DNA of 64,000 bases from a virus (IMGVR_UViG_3300038499_000016:44694-108693), one strand, 5' to 3'; positions 9,650 through 19,963 are shown, counted from the stretch's first letter. Made by a program: numbers and translations. The notes: a model not told the origin generated them from the letters alone.

Positions 9650-12503
9650 GGAACAACTCCTCTTTCCAACGCCGAGCTACATCTGCCCAGCTATACTTCT
9701 CAGTATTCTTGAATCCTCTCTCAGACCACTCTCTCCAGTAGTACTGATCAGTCATCAGTTTAATGGCCTGATCTAAAAATTGCTCCCGACCTTCTTTCGA
9801 ATAAGGCCAGTAAGCTTCACCATTCCCAAGAAGGATACCACTATCCCCTATAGTAGTGATCGTTCCCGCGTACTTATTGGCAAGAACAGGCACCCCAGAC
9901 CTCTGACACTCAATTCCGGTTATCCCGAACGTCTCTGAAAAAGCAGATGCATATAGCCATAAAGAAGCCTTTTTAGTCTCTATGGCCAAATCCTTCTGCC
10001 CTACCCGACCGTGATAATATACGCCCTCCTGACACATCGCCTGCTCAAGTTCATCAATCTTCTTGAGCCCCTCCTTATCCCCTTTCTGCTCACAAGACTT
10101 CCTATAATTCAGAGTGCCATAAAAAATGTGCAGCTCTAAATCAGGAACCGCCTTCTTTATAAACGGAAAGAGATACAAAACATTATCCAAACCCCTATCC
10201 AGAGAAGACGACCAGTGCAATCTGTGTGGATGCCGTTCAACCTGTATCGAATCAAACTTTTCAAAACAGATCCCATTCGATGTCAGAGCCCACTTATCCT
10301 CAGGAATCTTATGGTAGTCTTTCACAAAATCCCAATGCCACTTACTCAAAACACAGAACTTGTCCACCTTATCGAGAAAAAGCTGGGTCTTCTCTGAAAG
10401 CAGCCACACATCATGGATCATCACAAAGACTTTACCCGCCCTTATAGGGAACCGCAAAGTATCCGTAGTTCTGGACGATATGAAATAATCTATCCAGTGC
10501 TGTTCTATGTATTGAGGATACTCGGTATAATGGAGATAGGGTATGTCCCCATCACTCAATCCTCGTTGTGGGCAATCAGCAAAAACCGTGACCCTATAGT
10601 CCAACTTCTGAAGTTCCCTGGCAAGCATCACCGCCCATGTCTCAGATCCTCCTATACCTCCCTCATCAACATTCCTGAAATCCCACGGCTGCCACATAGG
10701 CCCTGTGTAAATGACAACACTCTTCCTACCCCACAATGCATTGAGATGCTCATTAGTCTTCTTGTCTGCAGCATGATAGGATCCAGGGTCCTCAGCCTCA
10801 AGCAATTTTCTTGATACGGCACCCTGATGAAAGACGAATGACCTGTATGTCTGAAGGACCTTATACCCCTGCTGACGTATCCTCCGACATAGGTCTACAT
10901 CTTCTCCACTGTTCGTGAATTCCTCATTCAGAAGCCCTGCCTTATCTAAAGCCTCCCTCCGAATAAGAGTGCAATAGAACGCTACCCATTCCAAATCCTT
11001 TTCATTGGTATAAGGAGACTGATAAGCATATATCTGAGGTATGATAGGAATAATCTGCTCAAAAGTATTCACCCCAGGAAGTAACTCTACTCCACCGATA
11101 TTGAAAGACAGATTATGGGTCCATCCACGATCGCAATTAGAAAGAGGTCCTACAACCCCAACCTTGCCCTTACAGGCATCCACCATATGTCTCAACCAAC
11201 CCTTACTAACAATCACATCATCATTCAGGATCATCACGTAAGGATTCTTACCCGCCTTAATACCTGCATTCACAGCCTGAGCAAAATTGCACCGATCCCG
11301 CTTTATGTATGTGATATCCCCCTGTTCCGAGAGATACTTATGTAACTCTTCATCGAGTCCATTGTTCACCACAATAGTCCGATACATCACATCAGTACAA
11401 GCCCTGATGCTATCAAGACACAGCTTCAGACCCCGTAGATTTTTGTAGGTCGGTATGACTATGTCGACCTTCTTGGTATCCTGAAACGCGGATAGCCACT
11501 TAGATCCGATAGCCTCTAAAGAATAGCCCTTAGCAGCTATCAAAGCCCTCTGACCGAGTTCTCTTCGGATCTCTAGATCCTTAAGACTCTCCAGATGCTG
11601 TTTCCATTCATCCTGGTCAGTAGCTATGAGGCAGCATCCTGGATGCTTCTCTAAGACTTGTAGATAGGCATACAGAGGTGAACAGATGACAGGTTTCCCT
11701 AATGATAGGGCTTGGGTCAAACGGTTATTGGACTTGGCGGGCTGGGTCTGATAGTTTGCCGGAACGATGATGATGTCAGCCCTCTTTAGATGCCCAAGCC
11801 AGGTATTACGGTCCCACTTGATATCAGCGTTGTCCCACTCATGGATCGTAGTCAGAGTCATACCAAGTTCAGTAATCATAGGGCGGAGTTCTTCAGCCGA
11901 AACCGAGTTACCCCCGTAGCCTATCCAGTAGACTTTCAGAGGTCCCGCCTTCTCATAGGCAACTAACCATGAATGAGGGTTTTCCACTATAGTTACCCCA
12001 GGAAGGACTTCTTCAAATTCTTTCCTGCCTATGTATCTAAGATGGAGCTCATTATCATCCGGTTTTGCCGGCGTAGTCGCCAATAGAGTTCCGCCTGGTT
12101 TAAGGACACGTAGGATCTCTTTAAGGGCCTTATCCAGATCAAGCACATGTTCTAAGATCTCACCAGCTATGACCACATCAAATAAGGCGTCTTCAAACTC
12201 AGTATCTTCTATGGGACGAACAAAGCACTCGGCCTTAGGAGCGTTCTTCTTCGTGTTCTCAACGAAGAAGGTAGCGATATCTATGGCTGTGACGTGGCAT
12301 CCGACCTGTTCGGTCAGATACTTAGCTAGACCTCCGTTAGAGCACCCACAATCGAGGACTTTGTCTGTAGGCCTGATGTACTTGAGGTAGAACTCGGTAC
12401 GATGCCAGTGAGGCCCTTCAGGACCAAACTTATCCAGATAAGGATAAGCAGGGGCATGGTCCTCGTGCCATTGTCGGTACTCTTCAAAAGTTTTTGGAGC
12501 CAT
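9642..12503 (-). CDS. multidomain protein: SAM methyltransferase + GT-B C-terminal lobe + GT2 + GT4-like glycosyltransferase
   Basis: MTase: VLDCGCSNG, EILEHV, VLKPGG. GT-B C-lobe: ADIIIVP, KSNNRL, GKPVICS. GT2: IVIPTY, LNDDV, EDVDLC. GT4-like: GGIGGSE, SSSLDRGL, ETFGITGIE. Confidence 0.85.
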   Translation of the reverse strand: MAPKTFEEYRQWHEDHAPAYPYLDKFGPEGPHWHRTEFYLKYIRPTDKVLDCGCSNGGLAKYLTEQVGCHVTAIDIATFFVENTKKNAPKAECFVRPIEDTEFEDALFDVVIAGEILEHVLDLDKALKEILRVLKPGGTLLATTPAKPDDNELHLRYIGRKEFEEVLPGVTIVENPHSWLVAYEKAGPLKVYWIGYGGNSVSAEELRPMITELGMTLTTIHEWDNADIKWDRNTWLGHLKRADIIIVPANYQTQPAKSNNRLTQALSLGKPVICSPLYAYLQVLEKHPGCCLIATDQDEWKQHLESLKDLEIRRELGQRALIAAKGYSLEAIGSKWLSAFQDTKKVDIVIPTYKNLRGLKLCLDSIRACTDVMYRTIVVNNGLDEELHKYLSEQGDITYIKRDRCNFAQAVNAGIKAGKNPYVMILNDDVIVSKGWLRHMVDACKGKVGVVGPLSNCDRGWTHNLSFNIGGVELLPGVNTFEQIIPIIPQIYAYQSPYTNEKDLEWVAFYCTLIRREALDKAGLLNEEFTNSGEDVDLCRRIRQQGYKVLQTYRSFVFHQGAVSRKLLEAEDPGSYHAADKKTNEHLNALWGRKSVVIYTGPMWQPWDFRNVDEGGIGGSETWAVMLARELQKLDYRVTVFADCPQRGLSDGDIPYLHYTEYPQYIEQHWIDYFISSRTTDTLRFPIRAGKVFVMIHDVWLLSEKTQLFLDKVDKFCVLSKWHWDFVKDYHKIPEDKWALTSNGICFEKFDSIQVERHPHRLHWSSSLDRGLDNVLYLFPFIKKAVPDLELHIFYGTLNYRKSCEQKGDKEGLKKIDELEQAMCQEGVYYHGRVGQKDLAIETKKASLWLYASAFSETFGITGIECQRSGVPVLANKYAGTITTIGDSGILLGNGEAYWPYSKEGREQFLDQAIKLMTDQYYWREWSERGFKNTEKYSWADVARRWKEELFHV

Positions 12504-12548
12504 TACAAGGTTCGGAAGCCCTATTTCTAAGGCCTCCGAAATCTCCTC

Positions 12549-13394
12549 TTAATTGATGATTTCCAGATCCTCAAAACCAAAGGCTGAGAGTTTATTGAGG
12601 TCCAGTTTATAGATTCTGAGAGGCTCGATATTACGTCTGATGAGGCCCAGCCTCCGAGATTCTTCTTCAAGATTCTTGATGGTCTGCTTCAGTGTATCAA
12701 GCTTTTTCACGTATTTCTGCAGCAGACTTCTCAGAGTACCTATCCGAGCTATCGCGGCATCTTCTTTTGTGCTATCAAGAGTATCCTCTATATCAAGAAT
12801 AGCATCAGGAGAAGAAGTCCCAAGTCCAATACTTCCCGAAACTCCACAAGGGTCTGTTGTGCCACACAAACCTTGGATCCCTGTTGTACCTTGAAAACTG
12901 TTCATCGTGTAGCACGCAGAGGCTCCTACAATACCTTGAACTATTGACTCTTCCTTTTTCATGAACTCATCAAGTTCATCAAAACACGGCTTAAAGGCAT
13001 CAAAGCCTTCCTCGAAACTAACGGCATGACCTCCTAGTTTTTGTGTCGTTACTTTATTGAAATCAAAAACAACATCACCACATTTTTTGACTATCTCATC
13101 TATCTGTCTTTGGAAAGGCTTGAGAAGGGTTTCCTTCTCATCATGACGCTCCACATAGAACAAATCCATTTCTCGAAGAATTTGTCTCTTCTTCTCAATG
13201 AACTCCTCTATCTTCGTCGCTATGCCTCTGTATTCCAGGACCTTCTGGATGATCGACTTTACCCGAGCATCAATGGCCTGCTGTACTTCAGAGCCTTTCT
13301 TCTCAAACAGGATACCGATAATAGTGCCCTCAATGCCCGAAGCTGTGCAGAGAGGATCGTCAGCACTGATTCGCAACTGAGATCTGTAATCCAT
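12549..13394 (-). CDS. coiled-coil protein with a short Gly-X-Y insert
   Basis: Heptad-rich; central QGTTGIQGLCGTT segment. Confidence 0.6.
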   Translation of the reverse strand: MDYRSQLRISADDPLCTASGIEGTIIGILFEKKGSEVQQAIDARVKSIIQKVLEYRGIATKIEEFIEKKRQILREMDLFYVERHDEKETLLKPFQRQIDEIVKKCGDVVFDFNKVTTQKLGGHAVSFEEGFDAFKPCFDELDEFMKKEESIVQGIVGASACYTMNSFQGTTGIQGLCGTTDPCGVSGSIGLGTSSPDAILDIEDTLDSTKEDAAIARIGTLRSLLQKYVKKLDTLKQTIKNLEEESRRLGLIRRNIEPLRIYKLDLNKLSAFGFEDLEIIN

Positions 13395-13470
13395 CTGGTA
13401 CTCCTTCTGATGGGTATTCGTACTTATTTTGCGAATCGTGCCTTATGTAGGTCTATCGACTCTGTCTTCG

Positions 13471-13665
13471 TCAATCTATCAACAATTTTTCAAATGTCTT
13501 AGCAACAGGCTTTAGAAGTTTTGTGAGCACTTTTGTATTCACTTCTTTTATAGATAGCATACCCAAAACAGCATTAACACTAGCTCTGCTATCACAAATC
13601 TCTTCCTGCTGTTTCTTAGTCAGCTTCTTCCACACGTGCCAACCGAGATATTCTTTAGGGAGCAT
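13471..13665 (-). CDS. hypothetical protein
   Basis: 64-aa ORF with GGGAG upstream. Confidence 0.45.
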   Translation of the reverse strand: MLPKEYLGWHVWKKLTKKQQEEICDSRASVNAVLGMLSIKEVNTKVLTKLLKPVAKTFEKLLID

Positions 13666-13694
13666 ATTATTTTTCTCCCGGAATTAAGACGACT

Positions 13695-14156
13695 TTAACA
13701 CCGTTTTTCAAGCAACCAAGCAAGATACCGTAACCATTCCGGAATGCACTTAGTTACATAATAGGAGTTCGGCGTACTGTCTACTAAGCGCATTTTAGAT
13801 ATGATATATTCTAAACACTGAGATATTGTCACTCCACTACTCAACAATTCTTTCATCTCCTTCGCATTTTTCTCGCTGTAGTAATCCTCACTAGGACCTA
13901 TACCAGTACTTCCAGATACAAGAGGCGGTATTTCCAAACACTTAGCATTTCCAACTCCTTGAATACCTCGAACTGCTTGAATATTATGCAGAGCCTCATG
14001 TACTTCTATTATTCGTTCCAATTCCCCAAAGCCAGCCGTACAGGTTTGAGCTACAGGATTTTGCGCTACACCTGCTTTTTCCATCGTGGGGTCTGAACTC
14101 ATACAAACTCCTTCTGAATGTTTATTGGGTCCGTCTTCGGGAAATGATAAGTCCAT
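13695..14156 (-). CDS. hypothetical protein
   Basis: ORF in operon order; real start may be near 14102. Confidence 0.5.
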   Translation of the reverse strand: MDLSFPEDGPNKHSEGVCMSSDPTMEKAGVAQNPVAQTCTAGFGELERIIEVHEALHNIQAVRGIQGVGNAKCLEIPPLVSGSTGIGPSEDYYSEKNAKEMKELLSSGVTISQCLEYIISKMRLVDSTPNSYYVTKCIPEWLRYLAWLLEKRC

Positions 14157-14323
14157 CCATGTCCTCTAGGACATACGAGATCATAATAGACCCCATGCCA
14201 GCCGTACAGTATCTTCGATTTGGGAAACCCACACACATGGCAAGGACCGTACTCCTCAATAGGAGCAACATTCAATTCCTGATAGGGATTATGATTCCCA
14301 GGCGTCTTCGATGACTTCAACAT
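14099..14323 (-). CDS. small Zn-ribbon-like protein
   Basis: CHVC...CPRGH. Confidence 0.45.
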   Translation of the reverse strand: MLKSSKTPGNHNPYQELNVAPIEEYGPCHVCGFPKSKILYGWHGVYYDLVCPRGHGWTYHFPKTDPINIQKEFV

Positions 14324-16298
14324 TTGGATTCACCACCCTCGTCTGTTCAGCTAAGACATGAGAACAACATAATACTTTATCACAGAGTCCCAAAGTCTCT
14401 TTGACCCATGGAAATTCAAAGATAGACTCACAGAGATCGGCATACACCGTCTTACCATTCTTCTTAAGATCACGAACAGCGTTATAGTCCCCTTCCGAGA
14501 AGGACTTACCCACAATCGCAATGTCATACCCATCCCTGAGTATGGCCTGATAGTCCACTATCTTTGACCAATACCCCTGCGACTTGAGCCACCGGTCAAC
14601 ATTCAAAACACGTATCCGAGTCTGAGCAGCATCCCAATTCTCAACAGAAATCCACCCTATCTTAGGCCCAACTTGCGCCTTAATAGCCTTGACACTGATA
14701 GAAGGCGTTCCCCATCCATCATAATTCTCAATGCTGTGTACGAGAAACCCCGCATCTGTTAAGAGTATATTAATCTCACTATTCGAGAACCCTGAACGAT
14801 GAAACTGCGCCTCATCAGGCTCCCCAGCCTGCCCCTTCTGAATCCCATAAATAGTACACTTGAACCAATGACGGGTCTTAAAGAAATTCTGATGATTAAT
14901 AGGAGCATCCAAATAACTCCTACAGCATTGCTCAAGATCAGGGATCTTCAACAGAAGCTCTCCACCCGGCTTCAATACCCGATACCATTCCTTCAACGTA
15001 TCCCTGACATCATCAAACGGCAGGTGCTCAAGGGCATGCTCTGAATGAATAGCAGCAATAGTTCCGGACTTATAAGGGATGTCACTGAGATCGAATACTT
15101 CATCTACAATCTTACCCCTGAAGATATCGACGTTCACATAACCCGGGACAGACTTATCACCACAGCCTAAATTCAGCTTCTTACCTTCACCATCCTTACG
15201 ATATCGATCACCCGTGATAGTTGGTAAGAGAATATTACGATTGTTGATTGCCCGGGAATCCTTAGGCCGAGCTCTCAATACCTCATCGTTGTGCTCAAAA
15301 GCCTTCCGAACATTGCCTATGTTGTTGTAACACACGCAGAGCTGTAGATGTGGCAGCCAGCCATAATACTCAGGCTGATAGGATGCCAGCAATTCACCAG
15401 GCTTTTCCACAGAAAGACACATTTCAAACCAGTGTATAGCCTTATTCCACTGCTGCCTGCCTATATAATAGTCTCCCAACTGATAGTAGGGCTCTGCACG
15501 GCGGGGCTCTATTTTTATGGACTCGAAGATACAACGAAAGAACTCTGCATCATTATGAATCTGCAGATTACAGAGTGCCAACCGATACCAAGCATAATAG
15601 ATGTCTTCCCAAAACCCATTTGACAGTCGTACGAACTCGGTCAGGCACTGAATAGCCTTATCAGTTTTCCCGAAATCCGCGTACTCTTTCCCGAGATAAT
15701 AAATGTTCCTGGAATTGATGCCCTCTTTAATCTTTCCTTCCCCATCTAGTACAATACGCTCTAGAATTTCTAGATTACGTTCAGACGTCCCCCGCTGCTT
15801 ATGGTGCTGGATAGGAATGTTCTCTATCCTCTGCCGGTCCCGAAGCGGCACACATTCATGAATGGACTCTTCCCACTTCCTGTTCAAGGACCGGCGTATG
15901 AACCGTTCCCGAGGAACCACACTGATAACTGCGCCAAACTCATCCCGGGCATAGTTATAGGGCATGATAACCATGTCCACATCAGATAGCTTGATACGCT
16001 TTATCTTCTCAACATCCTCAGGATTAATGGTATCATCCGAATCCATCCAGAAGATGAAGTCTCCGATCGTACATAGGCTAAAAGAGTAGTTTCTAGCCGC
16101 GGAAAAATCGTGAATCCATGTGAAGGTATGTACGACCGGAGTGTACTCTTTAGCTATCTCGATAGATCGGTCCTTAGAACCCGTGTCGACTATCACATAC
16201 TCATCGACAAAGCCTTTGACGCTGTCTAGGCATGCCTTGAGGGTCTTCTCGGCATCCCGTACGATTATCGCGAAGCTAATCTTGTGCCCGTCTATCAT
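14289..16298 (-). CDS. GT2 glycosyltransferase + TPR repeats + SAM methyltransferase + C-terminal GT-B N-lobe
   Basis: GT2: IVDTGSKDRS, DFSAARN, WMDSDD, IHE, SERNLEIL. TPR helices. MTase: KLNLGCG, EHALEH, VLKPGGEL. Tail: TRIRV...YADLCE...CCSHVLA...IEDA. Confidence 0.88.
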   Translation of the reverse strand: MIDGHKISFAIIVRDAEKTLKACLDSVKGFVDEYVIVDTGSKDRSIEIAKEYTPVVHTFTWIHDFSAARNYSFSLCTIGDFIFWMDSDDTINPEDVEKIKRIKLSDVDMVIMPYNYARDEFGAVISVVPRERFIRRSLNRKWEESIHECVPLRDRQRIENIPIQHHKQRGTSERNLEILERIVLDGEGKIKEGINSRNIYYLGKEYADFGKTDKAIQCLTEFVRLSNGFWEDIYYAWYRLALCNLQIHNDAEFFRCIFESIKIEPRRAEPYYQLGDYYIGRQQWNKAIHWFEMCLSVEKPGELLASYQPEYYGWLPHLQLCVCYNNIGNVRKAFEHNDEVLRARPKDSRAINNRNILLPTITGDRYRKDGEGKKLNLGCGDKSVPGYVNVDIFRGKIVDEVFDLSDIPYKSGTIAAIHSEHALEHLPFDDVRDTLKEWYRVLKPGGELLLKIPDLEQCCRSYLDAPINHQNFFKTRHWFKCTIYGIQKGQAGEPDEAQFHRSGFSNSEINILLTDAGFLVHSIENYDGWGTPSISVKAIKAQVGPKIGWISVENWDAAQTRIRVLNVDRWLKSQGYWSKIVDYQAILRDGYDIAIVGKSFSEGDYNAVRDLKKNGKTVYADLCESIFEFPWVKETLGLCDKVLCCSHVLAEQTRVVNPNVEVIEDAWES

Positions 16299-16528
16299 GC
16301 AACAAGCCCGGTGGAGGATACCGAGTCTGTGCGAAGGATATCTGACACAGGTTTATTCACGGCCGGCTTCTTACGCTCTTTTTTAATTATTCCGGTGAGT
16401 CCTGTCACTCCATGACACTCTGGACACAGTAGCTCGCCACAAGAACACTCGTGGGTATCATTAATCGAAAACAAGGACTGACACGCCTGACACTGCAGCT
16501 TAACGCCTACCGCTTTCATCATGATCAA
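16295..16528 (-). CDS. small Zn-finger protein
   Basis: CQAC...CSC...CPEC. Confidence 0.55.
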   Translation of the reverse strand: MIMMKAVGVKLQCQACQSLFSINDTHECSCGELLCPECHGVTGLTGIIKKERKKPAVNKPVSDILRTDSVSSTGLVA

Positions 16529-16869
16529 CTCCTTGGTATTTGAGATAGAGCCTTCTGTATACGATCACTTATCTTAGTTTCATCTTCCGTACTACTGCCT
16601 TTATGCAAAAGGATGTCAAAATCGCACAACAAATCCCGCACAGACTTAACATCGAATCCTTGTTGGGCAAGACGAGGACATTCCTGAGGTATGGGCGTTC
16701 TTTCATCTTTCCCAGGAATAATCACAGAAGGTATCACAGGATACCCAGGCATAGCTCCGCAAGCGGTCCCATTACCGTAGGTATCGGCTGGGCACCAATC
16801 TACACACTGCCGGCAGTCATCGACTAATAAATAGTTTGGTCTCATACTGATGATATGAAACCAAAACAT
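16525..16869 (-). CDS. Cys-rich hypothetical protein
   Basis: CRQC...C...C...IPQECP. Confidence 0.5.
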   Translation of the reverse strand: MFWFHIISMRPNYLLVDDCRQCVDWCPADTYGNGTACGAMPGYPVIPSVIIPGKDERTPIPQECPRLAQQGFDVKSVRDLLCDFDILLHKGSSTEDETKISDRIQKALSQIPRS

Positions 16870-17051
16870 AAAGATAAAGCCCGCCGCATAGAAATTTCTA
16901 CGAGACAGGCTTTAAGGGCAGGAAAACAGGCCTTAGGCCTTAGGCTCTACCTTCTCCGGTGGGACTTCAGGTGCTTTTGCAGGCTCTACTTTGAGCTTCT
17001 TCTTGGGAAGGAACCACTTCAAGAACTTCCAAATAGCCTTCAGGATTTTCT

Positions 17052-17765
17052 TCACGGAACGCTCCTTTCAAAGGTTCGGTAATATTGCCCTAATCTTTGA
17101 TTTAGATATGATGCTTTTGAAGCCGGCACTCGTTCCCGAAGCCCTCCTATGTAGAATGCCATTGAATCAGCTATGTCATCCCATGGATTACGGCTGGCAT
17201 AAAACCTTGTGAACTCTGCCATATCTGGGTCATAAAACCATTCCCCAATAACCTCTGGAACATCCTTCTCCCTGATAATGAGTCGCTTCAAGCCTGGTTT
17301 AGGTACAGGACTCCAACCAGATAAGGATAACCATTCAGGCTGAAGAGATAACTGTCCCTGCTCGGCATCGAATCCGTGAGCCAATTCATGATAAAGCGTC
17401 TGTTCAGGCCGTGTCAGGAAATAGCCGTGGTAGTCGTAAAAATCCTTTGGGCAGTCAGGATTTATGTAGGTATCCGCATTCATGTGTACTTCGCGATTAA
17501 CGTAATAGCCGTGGTTAGGGTAGAATTCACGACTCGGACCCAGGTCCCCCCGAAGAACGAGCTTATCGACTCCACAGGCTTTTACCAAGGGAGGTGGAAG
17601 GATAGAAAGGATCTGGTAGGTTTGCCGGATAAGGGTAGAGGGGTCTGGAACCCCCTGCTGGACCTCAAGGTCCATGCCATATTCCCGCTTGATCTTACCT
17701 TCCCAATCCTGTGCAGAAAAAATGGTCCGTAGGGCCTGGGATAGTGAATGCATGTTAGAATACAT
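17052..17765 (-). CDS. putative zinc metalloprotease (HEXXH)
   Basis: TLYHELAHGFD followed by YASRNPWDDIADS (zincin YAxxNxxED-like motif). Confidence 0.6.
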   Translation of the reverse strand: MYSNMHSLSQALRTIFSAQDWEGKIKREYGMDLEVQQGVPDPSTLIRQTYQILSILPPPLVKACGVDKLVLRGDLGPSREFYPNHGYYVNREVHMNADTYINPDCPKDFYDYHGYFLTRPEQTLYHELAHGFDAEQGQLSLQPEWLSLSGWSPVPKPGLKRLIIREKDVPEVIGEWFYDPDMAEFTRFYASRNPWDDIADSMAFYIGGLRERVPASKASYLNQRLGQYYRTFERSVP

Positions 17766-17767
17766 GA

Positions 17768-17783
17768 ATTTAAGAGATTATTA
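17768..17783 (-). promoter_or_regulatory. copy of repeated phage promoter-like motif (TAATAATCTCTTAAAT)
   Basis: Immediately upstream of 17052-17765. Confidence 0.55.
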
Positions 17784-17945
17784 GGAGTCTAAATCTACGC
17801 TAGGAGGCCTGTTGCGTCGATTGTCCGTAATGCGCTTAGGAGAGCCATTGGAACTATGCGTTCGACGATGATGGGCGTAGTACAGCAAAAAACTAAAGAT
17901 AAGCACCACGAGAACGATTCCATAGCCCAAAAGCCATAGCCACAT
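17781..17945 (-). CDS. small membrane protein (54 aa)
   Basis: Translated by hand: MWLWLLGYGIVLVVLIFSFLLYYAHHRR...; fills the gap between neighbouring genes. Confidence 0.45.
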   Translation of the reverse strand: MWLWLLGYGIVLVVLIFSFLLYYAHHRRTHSSNGSPKRITDNRRNRPPSVDLDS

Positions 17946-17966
17946 AACGGTAAAATACTAAATTAG

Positions 17967-18764
17967 CTACACATAGCCCAACTCTTCAAGAACATCCCCT
18001 GTCACGAATAGTGGTTCTTTAATGGGAATTGGGTTATTGTTGAGCAGGGCCTTGAGACTACCAAAAGACTTCCCTATACTCTTCTCCTGCTCAGGAGTCA
18101 TCAAAGGGGCCTTCCACTTAATGGTAGGTTTAGCCATACTGGGAGCTAGGAAAGTTTTGGCTACATAGAACTCCTGAAAATCTTCCAGAACTAGAATTCC
18201 GATTCCTATATTCAAATGACAGAAATTGTCCTCAATGCCGTATTCGAGCTGTCCACAATTCAGCATAACTGCATGCATCAACACATCCGCGGCAGTAGGG
18301 TCCGTATAGTAGTTCTTTTGAACTATGTTACCAAAGAACTCATAGGTCTTCGGATCCACGCGTTCCTCAAAACGTTCAAAACAATGATGGGTGAAAAAAA
18401 CCGATTCATAAACTTTATTGTACGAAGGTATACCAAATAGGGTTCCGAACTCGGTCTTGTAGACTTCACTGAAATTGGTGATAAACTTGATATCAGCGGG
18501 ATCCTTGGCCTTAAAATCCAAAAGATTGATGTATTTACCATAGCAGCTTCTCAGACGATTCACTATGGCCTCGTATAACTTCTTCTGCTTACGCTGACTG
18601 ATGCGCTTCTTAGCAAAATCCTTCCCAAGCACCCTAGTCATGGCCTGGTCAAAGATTATTGAGAGCATGGCCTTGGGATGCTTCTCAAAAGACGTGGTCC
18701 TGAAATACCTATTGAGCATCTTCAGGGTCTCGTCGTGATACTGTATTGGCATTGTTACCGGCAT
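17967..18764 (-). CDS. hypothetical protein
   Basis: 265-aa ORF; FTHHCFERFEER motif, family unassigned. Confidence 0.6.
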   Translation of the reverse strand: MPVTMPIQYHDETLKMLNRYFRTTSFEKHPKAMLSIIFDQAMTRVLGKDFAKKRISQRKQKKLYEAIVNRLRSCYGKYINLLDFKAKDPADIKFITNFSEVYKTEFGTLFGIPSYNKVYESVFFTHHCFERFEERVDPKTYEFFGNIVQKNYYTDPTAADVLMHAVMLNCGQLEYGIEDNFCHLNIGIGILVLEDFQEFYVAKTFLAPSMAKPTIKWKAPLMTPEQEKSIGKSFGSLKALLNNNPIPIKEPLFVTGDVLEELGYV

Positions 18765-18765
18765 A

Positions 18766-19398
18766 TCACCGCCATGATACTTTTCTTGGGGATATCGCTT
18801 CCATTGAACTTTCTATATTTCTTTGAAAGATACACATAGAATCATGGATTCCAGGCCAACAAAGAAGCGAAATATACTCTTTTACAGACCATTCTTTTTC
18901 CAAGAGATCAAAAAAGGCATCATCCGCAGTACATCCACCTGCACTCTCTCCTACAAAAATGAAATACTTCCCTTTGTATTCTTTCAAGGCCTCAGTTATC
19001 CAAGATTCCCCCAGAGTTGGCCAACTAACAAAAAGAGTCCGGTCAGGATACTTCCTAACCGCATCAATAGCCGAAAGGGCTTCTACATGGGTCCATATTT
19101 TAGAAAACTCATACTGATTACTCATGGGCTCAGGACTGATATCGGTCGCAATGACATCGATGGTCTTTTTCCGCATCTCGTAAGCCCAGTAGCCTGTCCC
19201 TGCTCCTACTTCCAACAACGGGTTGTACAATCTGATTTTATCCAAGGACTCTTCGGTAGGTATAGAAAAGCTGTGCGTTTTTACGGTTGTTTGCCGATGG
19301 TTCCAACAATTAAAAATAAGACTGCTGTCAGTGTAGGAGTTTACCCCTAGTTTAGAGGCGAACTCTTCAAGTTCCGTCATGATTTCCCCGGCTTGCAC
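18766..19398 (-). CDS. SAM-dependent methyltransferase-like protein
   Basis: LLEVGAGTGYW, VIATD, LFVSWP, FVGE...GCTA. Confidence 0.72.
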   Translation of the reverse strand: MQAGEIMTELEEFASKLGVNSYTDSSLIFNCWNHRQTTVKTHSFSIPTEESLDKIRLYNPLLEVGAGTGYWAYEMRKKTIDVIATDISPEPMSNQYEFSKIWTHVEALSAIDAVRKYPDRTLFVSWPTLGESWITEALKEYKGKYFIFVGESAGGCTADDAFFDLLEKEWSVKEYISLLCWPGIHDSMCIFQRNIESSMEAISPRKVSWR

Positions 19399-19963
19399 AT
19401 TTCACAACTGTTTCGTAGGTCATCGGATTCAGGACCGCACTCCGGTCAACTCCCATAGCGTCCGCCAGCTTCTGATACCTCTTGTTTGATGCGTGGCATC
19501 TATTCAATTCCAGATTAGAAATATGCACCTGGCGGATACCTGATTTATCTTCCAACTCTTTCTGGGTCATTCCCTTGAGCATACGAATCGTTCTCAGATT
19601 ACCTGCCCACATCTTTTGCATGTACTCGCTGAATAGTTTCTTGATCTCATCAGACATACCAAAATCTCTCAACAAGTTCCAGGAGTTACCTATTTCCTTC
19701 TGGGCCTGTTGAATAGAAAAATTCTTCAAGATTGTCAATTCTGCTACCTGCACAGCGACCTTCTTGTATTCTTCTGATTTCTTCTTCTTGGAATGTTTGT
19801 ATTCTTCGTAATCCAGTCCCCAATTTTTGCATTTATTCCACACGGCCTGGCGACTGACTCCCAGATGATTTGCTACATTAGCTAAACTTCCATGCTCTTC
19901 AAGAAGGAGCTTAAGTTCCTTACTTTTTTCTAAACGCTTTTGAAACAGTTTAATCTGATCCAC
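19367..19963 (-). CDS. transcriptional regulator with two HTH domains (C-terminal XRE)
   Basis: SLANVANHLGVSRQAV; LRTIRMLKGMTQKELEDKSGIRQVHISNLE. Confidence 0.8.
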   Translation of the reverse strand: MDQIKLFQKRLEKSKELKLLLEEHGSLANVANHLGVSRQAVWNKCKNWGLDYEEYKHSKKKKSEEYKKVAVQVAELTILKNFSIQQAQKEIGNSWNLLRDFGMSDEIKKLFSEYMQKMWAGNLRTIRMLKGMTQKELEDKSGIRQVHISNLELNRCHASNKRYQKLADAMGVDRSAVLNPMTYETVVKCASRGNHDGT

